Notes: a model not told the origin generated them from the sequence alone. Positions 39,871-49,709 are shown, counted from the stretch's first letter. The stretch: 64,000 nt of DNA from Desulfatiglandales bacterium (GCA_963667015.2 CAXXJJ010000004.1:800001-864000); one strand, 5' to 3'. Program-made: numbers and translations.

Positions 39871-40986
39871 TTAAACCTCTTCCCCGAAAACCACCTGAAT
39901 ATTACTCATTTTCGCCATTTCATTAAGCGCCCGGTCCAATATGTCATTAAATATCTCAACAAACTGGGCAGGTCCATTTTCCGCGTTTACTATCAACTCA
40001 TATGCGTCATCAGCATCAATCTGTGCCTGACCTTTTGCCGCATTCTCCAACCCTACAGTAAGCGAAGCAAACTGCTGGTAGATAAGGGCCTTTTCAACTA
40101 CCTTTCCCTCTTCTTTAAGCAGTTTGAGTTCATCAAGCTTTCTTTTTGTTTCCTTACCCCGTAATTCTTCCTTTTGAAGCTGGTCAGCAAAGCCCTCTTC
40201 TTTATCTTTTTTAAGAGTGGCCTTCTTCTTGAGCCGGTTAATGGCATACTTCATCACCCTGTCATATGAAAAACCTCTGTCACCCATATCAGGCTGTATA
40301 TACCCTTTCTTTTTCCAATGGTTATACATGGTACGCCATGTAATCTTATAACCGAGACCGGAAAGATATTCTGCAGCCTCTTCACAGCTTTTAAACGACT
40401 CCGGATGCTCCTCATTTTGCTTAATGTCTGCTTTAACATATTGCTTAACCGGTTCAATATTTTTAGCCTCTTTATATTTCAGCTTATAATGAAATCCAAG
40501 GCAGGCAGAAACCGCGGTTATTCCTTTTCCATGAAAAAAATCCAGATAATAATTTAAAGTCTTTCCGGACGTGCATATATCATCAACAAAAAGAATTTTA
40601 TCATCTCTTGTGACACCGCTGATAATAAAACTGTTTTCATATCCTTCCGGGATCTCTTTTTCATGTTTCCATTTTCTTGTTTCAGTGTCTTCAATACGCC
40701 ATATGTGATTCCCGTATATTTTTTGCAAAGCATTAGGCTGTGATTCTATTGAGCTTGGCGGTATTGCAATTATTTTATTGCATTGCAGCTTTTCAGCCAG
40801 ATAGCCGACCATTTCTTTAACTTTGTCAGAGCCTTTACCCTTGCTTTTAAAATTATAGATCCAGTCAGTGGCTATTTTAGCCTCGTCATCCTTTGGCAGC
40901 TGCCGCAGGTTCGCTATTCTCGGAATATATGGGAAGAAACCATAAATTCCTTTCCACTCATATACAATAATTTCATTCTCAACCAT
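39871..40986 (-). CDS. Phosphoribosyltransferase-like domain fused to putative terminase small subunit (Nu1-like)
   Basis: IAIPPSS and ILFVDDICTSGKTL (PRPP-binding loop); C-terminal HTH plus coiled coil ending LLKEEGKVVE; nearest backbone gene upstream of TerL. Confidence 0.7.
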   Translation of the reverse strand: MVENEIIVYEWKGIYGFFPYIPRIANLRQLPKDDEAKIATDWIYNFKSKGKGSDKVKEMVGYLAEKLQCNKIIAIPPSSIESQPNALQKIYGNHIWRIEDTETRKWKHEKEIPEGYENSFIISGVTRDDKILFVDDICTSGKTLNYYLDFFHGKGITAVSACLGFHYKLKYKEAKNIEPVKQYVKADIKQNEEHPESFKSCEEAAEYLSGLGYKITWRTMYNHWKKKGYIQPDMGDRGFSYDRVMKYAINRLKKKATLKKDKEEGFADQLQKEELRGKETKRKLDELKLLKEEGKVVEKALIYQQFASLTVGLENAAKGQAQIDADDAYELIVNAENGPAQFVEIFNDILDRALNEMAKMSNIQVVFGEEV

Positions 40987-40992
40987 AAAGTA

Positions 40993-41349
40993 TCATCCGG
41001 ATATTACAATAACTTCAATTCCCGCCTTTTTTCCACGCCCGACCATATCCTTTGTACCCCTGGATTTTGTAATATCCTCATGAAACGCTATTATTTTCAC
41101 AATTTCCGGATTTTCATCCAGCATTTGCTGATTTCGTCTGGGGCCAGCACCGCGACCACACCTTTTCCAGTCTGCGGGATAAACTTTACACTCTCTTAAC
41201 CCCAGTTTTTTCGCGATATTTCCGGCCATCAAATCAGCGCCCCTGCAGCCGCCATGAATAATCTGTGTATCTTTCGGAAGCTTTTCGAGCTCATTAAACA
41301 TAGCCTTATAATTTTTCCAATCTCTACTGCCAGTAACCAGGATTTTCAT
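40993..41349 (-). CDS. SLOG-fold protein (DUF2493/YspA-like)
   Basis: ILVTGSRDW, IIHGGCRGAD, AGPRRNQQM, SRGTKDM. Confidence 0.88.
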   Translation of the reverse strand: MKILVTGSRDWKNYKAMFNELEKLPKDTQIIHGGCRGADLMAGNIAKKLGLRECKVYPADWKRCGRGAGPRRNQQMLDENPEIVKIIAFHEDITKSRGTKDMVGRGKKAGIEVIVISG

Positions 41350-41357
41350 ATTAACTC

Positions 41358-42845
41358 CTATGCCGCCAAAAGCGATTTACACAAAGCCGTTGCAGTCCTC
41401 ACCGGAACAGCATTCCCTATCTGTTTAACCACATCCCTTTTATTACCGGTAAACCGATACCCTTTTTCAAAGCTCATAGCAGCCGCCAGTTCGTGCGGCT
41501 GCAGCATCCGGAATAAAATATCAAGCTGCACAGGTTCAACCAGACCGAATCGATCCGTAGTGGTAATAGTATCCAGCGTTTCTTTAACGCTTTTGGCTAT
41601 ACCTGACCCGTAATACTTCACGAGAAAAGGCTCACATAAATAAAGGTGCGGTTGTGTTGTAACAGTGGGTAAAGGTTCGTTAACACCTCTTACACCGCTT
41701 TTACCCTTAAGGATGGTTATAAAAGGCTCTACTAAACCGATATTGTTTGAGCTGCTGCCGGTTATTGTCTGTAGTGGCCTGTCTATATCCCTGGGTGGAG
41801 TGTTTCTACATATTTCATCCAAATTACTACCGTGCGGGTGAGGTAAAATAAAAGGTTCACAAAGGCCAAACCTATTGGATGTGTCAAGGGTGGCTACAGG
41901 CTTATTGATGGAATGGATGCGCCTGACACTATCATCCCTGCCTTTATGATCACCGTGGTATTTTACAAGGAATGGTTCACACACACCGATATGATTACCA
42001 CTCGCCGTCACTGTAGGCATAGGTCTATGGATTGACCGAGCATCATTACTACCATACATCATAACCAGGAACGGTTCTGCAGCATCGCCACCATATTTCT
42101 TAAGCCCTGCCTCTATTCGCTTGAGCGTCGCTGGCCTCAAAGGTTTTTTCCTGTTAAAAATACTCTGCCCTTTCAGATCCCAGTCTATGATATCCCTGGC
42201 GGCAATCCATTTTTTAAGGTTTTCAGCCCCTGTTTCATTATGTGAAGGCTCAGGCCATTTTATTTTACAGTTACCTTTTTTGGCCCTGATAAACAGCCTG
42301 GTCCGTGTTGTGGGATCCCCGTAATCCGCAGCGCATATAATTTTATCTTCAACAGTATATCCCAGGGATCGGATAGCATTAAGGTATGCTTCATATGTTT
42401 CACCTGCCCTGCTTTGCATACGCCGGCCTTTTATATCTAGCGGCCCCCATTTACGAAATTCCGGAACATTTTCCAGAAGCACTTCATCGGGCTGGCCTGC
42501 CTCTATCCACCGTGGCACACACCATGCCGATGCCCTGAGCTGTTCTTTTATTGGTTTCCCGCCCCGGGCATTGCTATGGAATATACATTCAGGGGATGCA
42601 ACCAGAAAGTGCAGCCTTTTACCGGGCATATCCTTCAATACTTCCCGCGGATTTAAGCTATCCAGGTCCGCCCACAGGTGCCGCGCCCAGGGATGGTTCT
42701 CACGGTGAGTATTAAGGGCAATCCGCCAATGGTTGACCGCAACCAGGTTAACCTTGCGTCCCATGGCCTGTGCTGCATGCCATAATCCCGTGCTGGTACC
42801 ACCGCCCCCACAAAACAAATCCGCCGCGTTAATAATTTCAGCCAT
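41358..42845 (-). CDS. DNA cytosine-5 methyltransferase
   Basis: DLFCGGGG, ASPEC, ENVPEF, RTRLF, QIGNAV. Confidence 0.93.
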   Translation of the reverse strand: MAEIINAADLFCGGGGTSTGLWHAAQAMGRKVNLVAVNHWRIALNTHRENHPWARHLWADLDSLNPREVLKDMPGKRLHFLVASPECIFHSNARGGKPIKEQLRASAWCVPRWIEAGQPDEVLLENVPEFRKWGPLDIKGRRMQSRAGETYEAYLNAIRSLGYTVEDKIICAADYGDPTTRTRLFIRAKKGNCKIKWPEPSHNETGAENLKKWIAARDIIDWDLKGQSIFNRKKPLRPATLKRIEAGLKKYGGDAAEPFLVMMYGSNDARSIHRPMPTVTASGNHIGVCEPFLVKYHGDHKGRDDSVRRIHSINKPVATLDTSNRFGLCEPFILPHPHGSNLDEICRNTPPRDIDRPLQTITGSSSNNIGLVEPFITILKGKSGVRGVNEPLPTVTTQPHLYLCEPFLVKYYGSGIAKSVKETLDTITTTDRFGLVEPVQLDILFRMLQPHELAAAMSFEKGYRFTGNKRDVVKQIGNAVPVRTATALCKSLLAA

Positions 42846-43357
42846 CAGTTAATCTCCGACGGATCGTGTCGAAGCTTTAAATTTAAAACCATCGTGGTGC
42901 CCTGGTATTTTTCGAGTTTAATATCTCCCAGCTTTTTCAGGGTGGTGGCAAATTTTTTTCTTTTTAAAAAATTCCCTTCAGGATTTTCGTCATCCCACGA
43001 TGAATATGCTTCATAAAGTTTTCTAAATAAAATCTTGCCACCCTCTTTAGGCCTACAGCATTGATGTAAAAAATTCGATACACTTTGTATGGCGGGATCC
43101 TCTCTATCATTCCTTTTCTCAGCCATACCATTAAAATAAACAACACCTTGATCATCTTCCAGCAAAGAAAATTTATTCTGCGACACATAAAGCATAAAAA
43201 AGGTGGGACTTAAAGGTCGTAGCTGATTAATAGAAGCCCATATACCGTACTCTTTATATGCTTCTATTAAGGTTTTCTTTTCCTCGGATACTACTTCATA
43301 ATTATTTAAAAACTGATCAATAGTTGTCTCCACTACCTTGTAAAATTTATCTGTCAT
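42845..43357 (-). CDS. Hypothetical protein with D5-C-terminal-like winged helix
   Basis: FLHQCC..LYEAYSSW..KKFATTL. Confidence 0.6.
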   Translation of the reverse strand: MTDKFYKVVETTIDQFLNNYEVVSEEKKTLIEAYKEYGIWASINQLRPLSPTFFMLYVSQNKFSLLEDDQGVVYFNGMAEKRNDREDPAIQSVSNFLHQCCRPKEGGKILFRKLYEAYSSWDDENPEGNFLKRKKFATTLKKLGDIKLEKYQGTTMVLNLKLRHDPSEIN

Positions 43358-43370
43358 TTCTCTCTCCTTT

Positions 43371-43847
43371 TTATTTATATAATCCGGGCAACATATACTG
43401 CACGAACGCGGCCTGTCGTAGTTCGTTGTTAAAATCCTGCCCTCTCTTCCGGCAACGGTCCCTCCACTGCAACAACCCCAGAACTATCCCCGCTTTATTA
43501 GTGCTGTAAAATATATTTGCTACCTTCGCCATTTGAACCAATTGTTTTTTCTTATAATTGGGAACTATTTCGTTTACCAGCTGCCGGGCTTTTTCCTGTC
43601 TTTGAAGAGGATTATCAGAATTATATTCTCCCCAGGTTGCTAACTCCGTTCGTAAAATTGCCACTGACAAAAGTCTTTTAATTCTCACCTCTTTTGTTCC
43701 GGAATGAGGACACCCTATCAGTCTGCACAATGCCTCCAACTCATCACCTGTACATGGAGATAACATCTCTTCAGTCCAGTCTTTCGGATACGATCTGTAC
43801 AGTTTTACCCACCTATGACTTGTTAATTTCATTCCCATAAACCTCAA
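43371..43847 (-). CDS. Hypothetical protein
   Basis: 158-aa operonic ORF. Confidence 0.65.
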   Translation of the reverse strand: MRFMGMKLTSHRWVKLYRSYPKDWTEEMLSPCTGDELEALCRLIGCPHSGTKEVRIKRLLSVAILRTELATWGEYNSDNPLQRQEKARQLVNEIVPNYKKKQLVQMAKVANIFYSTNKAGIVLGLLQWRDRCRKRGQDFNNELRQAAFVQYMLPGLYK

Positions 43848-43857
43848 ATCGGTTTTT

Positions 43858-44946
43858 TTACTTTTTCCTCAGCCCGGGCGGCAACCCTGCATTTACCCAT
43901 TGCCGTATATCAACCCCAGCCTGCCATGCCTCGCCCGGGTCCTTTTCCTTATTAACCGGCCATCTTACAGACTCCGGAAAATTCTGCTCCCACCACGGCC
44001 AGGCCACAGCACCGGCCTTGTCAAAATCAAGGGCATTCATGATATGACAGCTATCTCTAAGTATCCCGGTAGCCCTTTCGTCCGGCTTCACGGCCACACT
44101 GCCCAGCGGCATAGATCCCACCAGGTCGCCGGCTTCCTGGGCAACCAGCAAACCGTCAAAATCACTTTCAATTATCATGTGTGCTTTTCTATCAGGATTA
44201 ATTACAGTGGTTCTGGTGGATCCGCCAGGCACAAAATAATATTTCATGTCGGGATTAAAGCTTAAGTCCGCCCTGCGTATCCGCAGTTTAACAACGTTGT
44301 TTCCTTCTATATCGGGGATTACCCAGCCTTTCGGTATCCACAATACTTTATCCTTACCCTGATCATTTTTTTCAGGAGGCAGGCCCCACACTTCCCGAGG
44401 CCGGTACAGGTCGCCTCCCCCCTCTTTTTCACACCATCCAATGCCATACGCTTTAATGGTCCCCATATTTATCCCACGATCGCATAGGTATTGCAGCGCA
44501 TCTTTATTATTAAGCAGATTATTGAAAGCCCAATCTGTAAATCGACCTGCAGCACGCATCCAGGTATCGGAAGGCATGGCGCTTTTTTTTGGTGACCATA
44601 ATGGCGGATCTTTTACATCCGGATATTTGTTTTTAACCTTACTGAAAAAACTGCCCTTCACCTCCATACCGAACATGCCGGCTACCGCCTTGACCGCCTC
44701 AGTGAAGGAAACCTTATTGAATTCTTTGTAAAACTCAATTACATCACCATCGGCTTTACACCCGAAACAGTAGTACTTTTGCTTTGCTGGTATAACGCTA
44801 AAGGAAGGGGAACCATCGGCGTGGAAAGGACAGAGAGCCCAGAAATCCTTTCCCTTCTTTTTCAACTCCACAACACTGCCAATCACCTCAACAATATCAG
44901 CAGCCCGTTTAACCTCTTCAACAAATGCTTTAAATTCCTGGCTCAT
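43858..44946 (-). CDS. DnaG-like primase (CHC2 zinc finger plus TOPRIM)
   Basis: CPFHAD..PSF..YCFGC; IIESDFD, LDFDKAG, KDPGE. Confidence 0.9.
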   Translation of the reverse strand: MSQEFKAFVEEVKRAADIVEVIGSVVELKKKGKDFWALCPFHADGSPSFSVIPAKQKYYCFGCKADGDVIEFYKEFNKVSFTEAVKAVAGMFGMEVKGSFFSKVKNKYPDVKDPPLWSPKKSAMPSDTWMRAAGRFTDWAFNNLLNNKDALQYLCDRGINMGTIKAYGIGWCEKEGGGDLYRPREVWGLPPEKNDQGKDKVLWIPKGWVIPDIEGNNVVKLRIRRADLSFNPDMKYYFVPGGSTRTTVINPDRKAHMIIESDFDGLLVAQEAGDLVGSMPLGSVAVKPDERATGILRDSCHIMNALDFDKAGAVAWPWWEQNFPESVRWPVNKEKDPGEAWQAGVDIRQWVNAGLPPGLRKK

Positions 44947-44975
44947 TTTTTATTTATTAAAATTTCTTTTTATCC

Positions 44976-45081
44976 TGTAGACCTTTAGGGATGATATGTA
45001 GACCTTTGGCAATGATCATCTACATATATAATTACTTTAATATCAGCTTGTTATATCGATTTAGGGAGGATGTAGACCTTT
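44976..45081. repeat. Iteron-like repeats (TGTAGACCTTT x3); putative replication origin
   Basis: Copies at 44976, 44997, 45071, two preceded by TTAGGGA; AT-rich flank; between the two primase genes. Confidence 0.65.
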
Positions 45082-45255
45082 ATTGCAGGTTTTATGCTGG
45101 CGCAGTTCAAAAACCCGCCAGAGGTATAATATATAGAAAAATGTGCACCTTCCCTCCCTGTAAGCATGCAGACGAATAGGCTACCATCGTCAATAACCAG
45201 CAAAAACGGAAGGTTAAGAGAAGGCTGAATACAAATTGATTTTGAGGTGAATCGT

Positions 45256-46848
45256 CTACTTATCATCCCTGTCCAGCTCGTAAATATTCTTGTTTAGTTC
45301 AATATCCCTGTAGTGCACAACACCACTGATTTTACTGGAGTTATATTTTCGTTTCATCATGGCACCGAAACGCTTGTGTGAAATAGATGCTTTAGGGCCG
45401 TTGTTGGCCTTGAACCATTTTGAAAAAGCCTGGTAGATCTCTCCGGATTTGGTCTTGGAACCTTTAACATTTTCAATATACCTATCCACGAAATTACCCA
45501 GGAGATCTTCTTCCTGCATGTATTCCAGGGTCGCATCCTTTACAGCCTGCGGGGGATCCAGGCCCTTATCAAGATATTCAATACACCCTCGAACCAGCCA
45601 TGCCAGGATGGCCGAGGATTCCTTTTTGAGTTTTTCCTCAAGATCCGGATCCGCCTGGCGCTCGAACGCTTCCAACTGATCTGCGGGTTTGGTGACATAG
45701 GATAAAACAAAAGGTATAAGCAGCATGCGTTTCCAGAAGGCATAATCATCGCCGGCCACACTGGGTTTATTATTGGTCATTAAAAATATGGTGTGACTGG
45801 GATCGAAGCGGCTGGGCCTTTTCTCCTGCAGACCTCTACCCACCAGCTGATCACCGCCTGTAAGCCACTTTACACGGGCTGCACTGAATCTCTGTCCTTC
45901 CTCAGTCTCGGAGGCAAACGCCAAACGCAGGCCTTTTAGATCGACAATATCAGGAGACGGGCCTGCGGAACTGCGCTGCATTTTCTGATAAAGAAGCAGC
46001 TCGGTCGGTATGGTTCCGGATAAAGCACCCATGACATGCTCTATAATCCTTACCAGAGTGCCTTTACCGTTACGGCCCTTGCCCCAGAAAACGACCATTA
46101 TATGCTCCCGGGTAAGACCGGTGATGGCGTATCCGAGCAGGCGCTGCAGGAATTTTGCCAATTCTACATCGCCGTTCATGATATCCATGATGAATTTTTC
46201 CCATTCGACTGGCATGGCCTCATAGTCGGCCCACTCAGTGGGGCATGTTTTAGTAATGTACTCATCAGGGCGGCCGTCACGGAATTTGCCCGATCTAAGA
46301 TCGATCACACCATTTGGGCACCCTAGTACCCAGGGGTTAAGATCCAATTTACCCTCCTTTATAACGATTGGTTTTTTACAGGAAATAGCAAAATTAACAG
46401 CCTGATTACGACCACGTACAGTCCTGAGCCGTGAGATTCTTTTATACAGGCTGTCTCTATATCGGGCATGCTTGGATTGCAGGCTGTCATCATTCTTTTT
46501 GACCGCTTCATTGATCTTTTCTGTAATCTGTGCCGTCTCTTCCAGTAACCTGTCCACTATATTTTCTACAGCAGCCTGATACTGGTTATATTCATCAATC
46601 ATCCAGTGATGCCCGGCCCACCTTAGCCACTCTTTAGTAGTAACATTGAAGAGGAATTTATCTCTATTGAGAACAGTATATAAAATACCATCGCCCAACT
46701 CATTGGCATCCATACACATTTTCACAAATAGAGAAGAGATAGTCCCGTTATTTAATTCCAGAACTGGGTATAAGGCCTCTTCCTGTTTAAGGCGTTCTTT
46801 AACCTCTTCCTCGATGATCTCAGTAGGAGTTTTATCCGATTCAGTCAT
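45256..46848 (-). CDS. D5/P4-family primase-helicase (SF3)
   Basis: NGVIDLRSG, GKGRNGKGT, LKGLRLAFASE, VKWLTGGD, TNNKP, WKRMLLIPF. Confidence 0.93.
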   Translation of the reverse strand: MTESDKTPTEIIEEEVKERLKQEEALYPVLELNNGTISSLFVKMCMDANELGDGILYTVLNRDKFLFNVTTKEWLRWAGHHWMIDEYNQYQAAVENIVDRLLEETAQITEKINEAVKKNDDSLQSKHARYRDSLYKRISRLRTVRGRNQAVNFAISCKKPIVIKEGKLDLNPWVLGCPNGVIDLRSGKFRDGRPDEYITKTCPTEWADYEAMPVEWEKFIMDIMNGDVELAKFLQRLLGYAITGLTREHIMVVFWGKGRNGKGTLVRIIEHVMGALSGTIPTELLLYQKMQRSSAGPSPDIVDLKGLRLAFASETEEGQRFSAARVKWLTGGDQLVGRGLQEKRPSRFDPSHTIFLMTNNKPSVAGDDYAFWKRMLLIPFVLSYVTKPADQLEAFERQADPDLEEKLKKESSAILAWLVRGCIEYLDKGLDPPQAVKDATLEYMQEEDLLGNFVDRYIENVKGSKTKSGEIYQAFSKWFKANNGPKASISHKRFGAMMKRKYNSSKISGVVHYRDIELNKNIYELDRDDK

Positions 46849-46914
46849 GTAGTTTCAGAAGAATATCAAAAATTGAAAAATTGAAAGCATTACAAAAATT
46901 TCTAAGTAGCTGCA

Positions 46915-46962
46915 GTTCGGGGTGCGAACAACCGCAAAGGGGCAAGCGCCGGAAAGGACCCG
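46915..46962 (-). other. Putative cos site (cosQ plus cosN)
   Basis: Minus: CGGGTCCTTTCCGG (as I recall the lambda cosQ region), followed ~22 nt after GGGTCCT by pseudo-symmetric TTGCG-GTTGTTCGCACC-CCGAA. Confidence 0.65.
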
Positions 46963-47228
46963 GGCGCTGGCGCGAGGGTCATAGACCATTGGACGGCATC
47001 CTATAAAAGGGGGAGAGGGGGAATGGGCGATGGCGCACAGCTGCGTGTGGATTTGTTTATTGTCGTAGATCATATGTTGTTATGGAATTTAAGAGAGAGG
47101 AAAAACTAAAAGGTGTAAAACAATACTGACGTATCGTTTTACAAGATGTTTTGATGTGTGATTAAGTGCCATTGCCATTGCAAAATCATTGCAGCATTGG
47201 TTAAGTTATTGTTTTATTTATAGGAATT

Positions 47229-47299
47229 ATCGGACTTCAAATCCGGTGCAACGGGCTAAAACCTCGTTGGGTGGGTTCGATTCCCATGCACTTCCGCCA
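47229..47299 (+). tRNA. selC: 3' fragment of tRNA-Sec (anticodon UCA); att core (attP or tandem junction)
   Basis: ATCGGA-CTTCAAA-TCCGGT, long variable arm, GTGGG-TTCGATT-CCCAT, ends GCACTTCCGCCA; 5' acceptor and D arm absent; 81 bp from integrase stop. Confidence 0.9.
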
Positions 47300-47380
47300 C
47301 TCATTTTAATAATATCAACTACTTACGCCCTATAATTATATTTAATTATATTCCAGAAATATTCCAGTAAAATTTAAAAG

Positions 47381-48535
47381 CTATTTTGCTTCCCTGCTTT
47401 TATCGATATCAATTACTTTCCGCTCCATCAGTTCTTTACGACGGTGTTTTTTAATTTCCCCGTAATGAAGAACGGATTCTCTTCGGGCGTGATCGGTAAC
47501 AGTCTGCAGCTCATCGATGGTTCCGCCCTTTTCATTTAAGAAAATATTGCAGGAAGTGTGTTTTGTCCCCTGGTAAAGCTCAATTTCAACGCCTGCTTTT
47601 TTTGCTGCTGCATTCCAATATCTTTCCAGTATCGCAACTGTATAATGTTTACCTTTAAGTTTTCCGGATGGGTTTACAAAGAAATAAGGGCTTATATAAC
47701 CTAATTTCTTCTGTTTTTTCTTTTCTATCTCATAATAAGGTTTGAATAACTCAACCATTGAAATATCATGTATTTCGCCGGTTTTTGTTGTATCGGTCAA
47801 TTTCTTATCTGAAAAAGTCCTATGAATGCAAAAATCTCCATCCTCATAATCTTCTTTATGAAGGGCACAGCCCTCCCCTGGCCTCCGGAAATGCATAATC
47901 AGCCATGCGAAAATCGGCTGATGGTCTTCTTCTATGTATTTTAATATCTCAGTCTGTTTGACCGAGGATACTGTTTTTGGCTTCTTTCTCTGAATCTTAT
48001 AATCTTTCTTCTTCGGAAATGGGGGTACGGCCTGAATTTTACCGTCTCTCCATGCGTAATCCAACATTGCATGAAGGCAGTACATTACATTCATTTTGCC
48101 CTTCCCCGCTCTTGGTATCCAGTTTTTGAGCTTAATTAATACCCCCCACTGAATCTCGTGGATCTGAACGGGGTTTGCAGAGAAAAACGGTTTAAGGTGA
48201 TTTTCAATGGTATTCTTGTAATCTCTACAAGTAGATGGTTTCAGATCTTCTTTTACTGCTTCATACCAATCATCAAGGTAGGGAATTACATCTGTCGGTA
48301 TCTCCTGGGTGTATTTCTCAATTCGGAAGTGGGCACCGCCCTTTTCAGCGTCTCCCTGCATAATAGACAGGAGTTTTTTGGCGCGTTCCTCGCTATCTAT
48401 TACCCCGCCCTTCATGAAATCCTTGGATATTTTGATATATCCCTTGGTTTTGGTGTCATACCAGTTAATTCTGTACCGGCACCGCTTGCCATACTTCTTC
48501 GAAATCCATTCTATTTTCTCGATAGACCCCTTCAT
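47381..48535 (-). CDS. Phage tyrosine integrase
   Basis: HFRRPGE, TKTG, YQGTKHT, DHARRESVLHY; RBS GAGGAG; next to tRNA fragment. Confidence 0.88.
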   Translation of the reverse strand: MKGSIEKIEWISKKYGKRCRYRINWYDTKTKGYIKISKDFMKGGVIDSEERAKKLLSIMQGDAEKGGAHFRIEKYTQEIPTDVIPYLDDWYEAVKEDLKPSTCRDYKNTIENHLKPFFSANPVQIHEIQWGVLIKLKNWIPRAGKGKMNVMYCLHAMLDYAWRDGKIQAVPPFPKKKDYKIQRKKPKTVSSVKQTEILKYIEEDHQPIFAWLIMHFRRPGEGCALHKEDYEDGDFCIHRTFSDKKLTDTTKTGEIHDISMVELFKPYYEIEKKKQKKLGYISPYFFVNPSGKLKGKHYTVAILERYWNAAAKKAGVEIELYQGTKHTSCNIFLNEKGGTIDELQTVTDHARRESVLHYGEIKKHRRKELMERKVIDIDKSREAK

Positions 48536-48629
48536 ACACTCCTCCCCGTGAAATGATCTTGGGGCGATGGTATATTTTTCTGCTGTGGATATCAAGGGGG
48601 CACCTAAAAATTGATTCTCGCGTAAAAAA

Positions 48630-48863
48630 CTAAGGGTTTATATGATGTTTTTTGACAAATGGTGCAGATTCGAGAAGTCTTTTTGCTTTGCTTCTTGCGT
48701 GGTTCGGATTTTTTCCAAATCTATATTCCCAAAACTCACAATCCGTGACCTCACATTCTCTGACATCTTTTACCGGTTTATGAGATTCTTCCTTGCTTGG
48801 CTCCCAACCATGGCATTTCAGGCAATGAATTCTAATTGCTTTTAATGGGGTTGATTTATTCAT
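48630..48863 (-). CDS. Small Cys-rich phage protein
   Basis: KAIRIHCLKC..VREC..CEFWEYRFGKNP. Confidence 0.75.
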   Translation of the reverse strand: MNKSTPLKAIRIHCLKCHGWEPSKEESHKPVKDVRECEVTDCEFWEYRFGKNPNHARSKAKRLLESAPFVKKHHINP

Positions 48864-49054
48864 TTCACCTCAACAAAAAACACGTCCATGCCATCAGATC
48901 TTGAATCACCATGGCAGTCAAAATCTGCCCGGTTATAACATTCGGTTCCATGGAAGGCACAGCACCTGCATATATTAGAAAGCGGTTTGTGAGTAATCGG
49001 CTGCTCGTAATATTGTTTTCCATCAACTGTTATTTTGTTAAGTGGTTTGGACAT
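48860..49054 (-). CDS. Small Cys-rich hypothetical protein
   Basis: CRCCAF..C..C; coupled stop/start. Confidence 0.6.
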   Translation of the reverse strand: MSKPLNKITVDGKQYYEQPITHKPLSNICRCCAFHGTECYNRADFDCHGDSRSDGMDVFFVEVK

Positions 49055-49505
49055 TTACGATTGTCTCTTCAGGTAATCGAATTTCTTTTTCAGTTGAGAA
49101 ATCTTCCCAAAATTGCAGATTTGATTCTTTTATATATTTTCGCCTTTTTTCCTGATGTTTAATTATTTCATCCAGAGTAAAATAATCTTTTTGCAACTCT
49201 TCAGCCTCAATCTGATGAGCAAATAAAGGAGTTTTTGCAGCCCGTTTTTTCATATTCCTGATGCGCTGAGCAAGCACATGTTCAGGCTTTTTGAATTTCG
49301 GATACTCAGGAACGAAAATGATACAAAGTGGTTTTCCATCACCTGGGACTGTATCAGCTGCTTTACATACAGCTTTTTCCATTTCATCATCTACTTTTGA
49401 GCCAAATCGAGAGGCACCCCAAACTATTGTGCTCCCCTTGTAATAGTGATCTTTGACTTCATAGATTCTGGTATTGGGAGGATATATGTTTTTTTCTTTA
49501 TTCAC
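49038..49505 (-). CDS. Hypothetical protein
   Basis: Operonic ORF. Confidence 0.6.
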   Translation of the reverse strand: MNKEKNIYPPNTRIYEVKDHYYKGSTIVWGASRFGSKVDDEMEKAVCKAADTVPGDGKPLCIIFVPEYPKFKKPEHVLAQRIRNMKKRAAKTPLFAHQIEAEELQKDYFTLDEIIKHQEKRRKYIKESNLQFWEDFSTEKEIRLPEETIVNVQTT

Positions 49506-49693
49506 TCAAGCGCCGGCAAAAGTTTTAACTTCATTCCCCAGGGAGAAATGTCCTTCACCATGAACCTGCTGCCTCTAATTTCCAGTATTTCTCCTTTCGT
49601 AAAAATACCTTTTGATTTGGGATATTTTTCCCTCATTTCATCCACATCTTCCAGGTCTTTAACTTCTTCAAACCTTCCTTTACCTGTATCCAT
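49502..49693 (-). CDS. Hypothetical protein
   Basis: RBS and coupled overlap. Confidence 0.65.
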   Translation of the reverse strand: MDTGKGRFEEVKDLEDVDEMREKYPKSKGIFTKGEILEIRGSRFMVKDISPWGMKLKLLPALE

Positions 49694-49709
49694 TGTTACT
49701 TTCCTTTCA

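Noticed and set aside
46855..47073. 72-aa ORF over the cos-like region; also 45051..45266 and 32278..32472
   Set aside because: Overlap cis-acting sites (cos, iterons, attC) and lack protein-like features
47229..47299. Functional phage tRNA-Sec or selenoprotein recoding
   Set aside because: 5' half of the tRNA is missing; no convincing in-frame UGA read-through noticed
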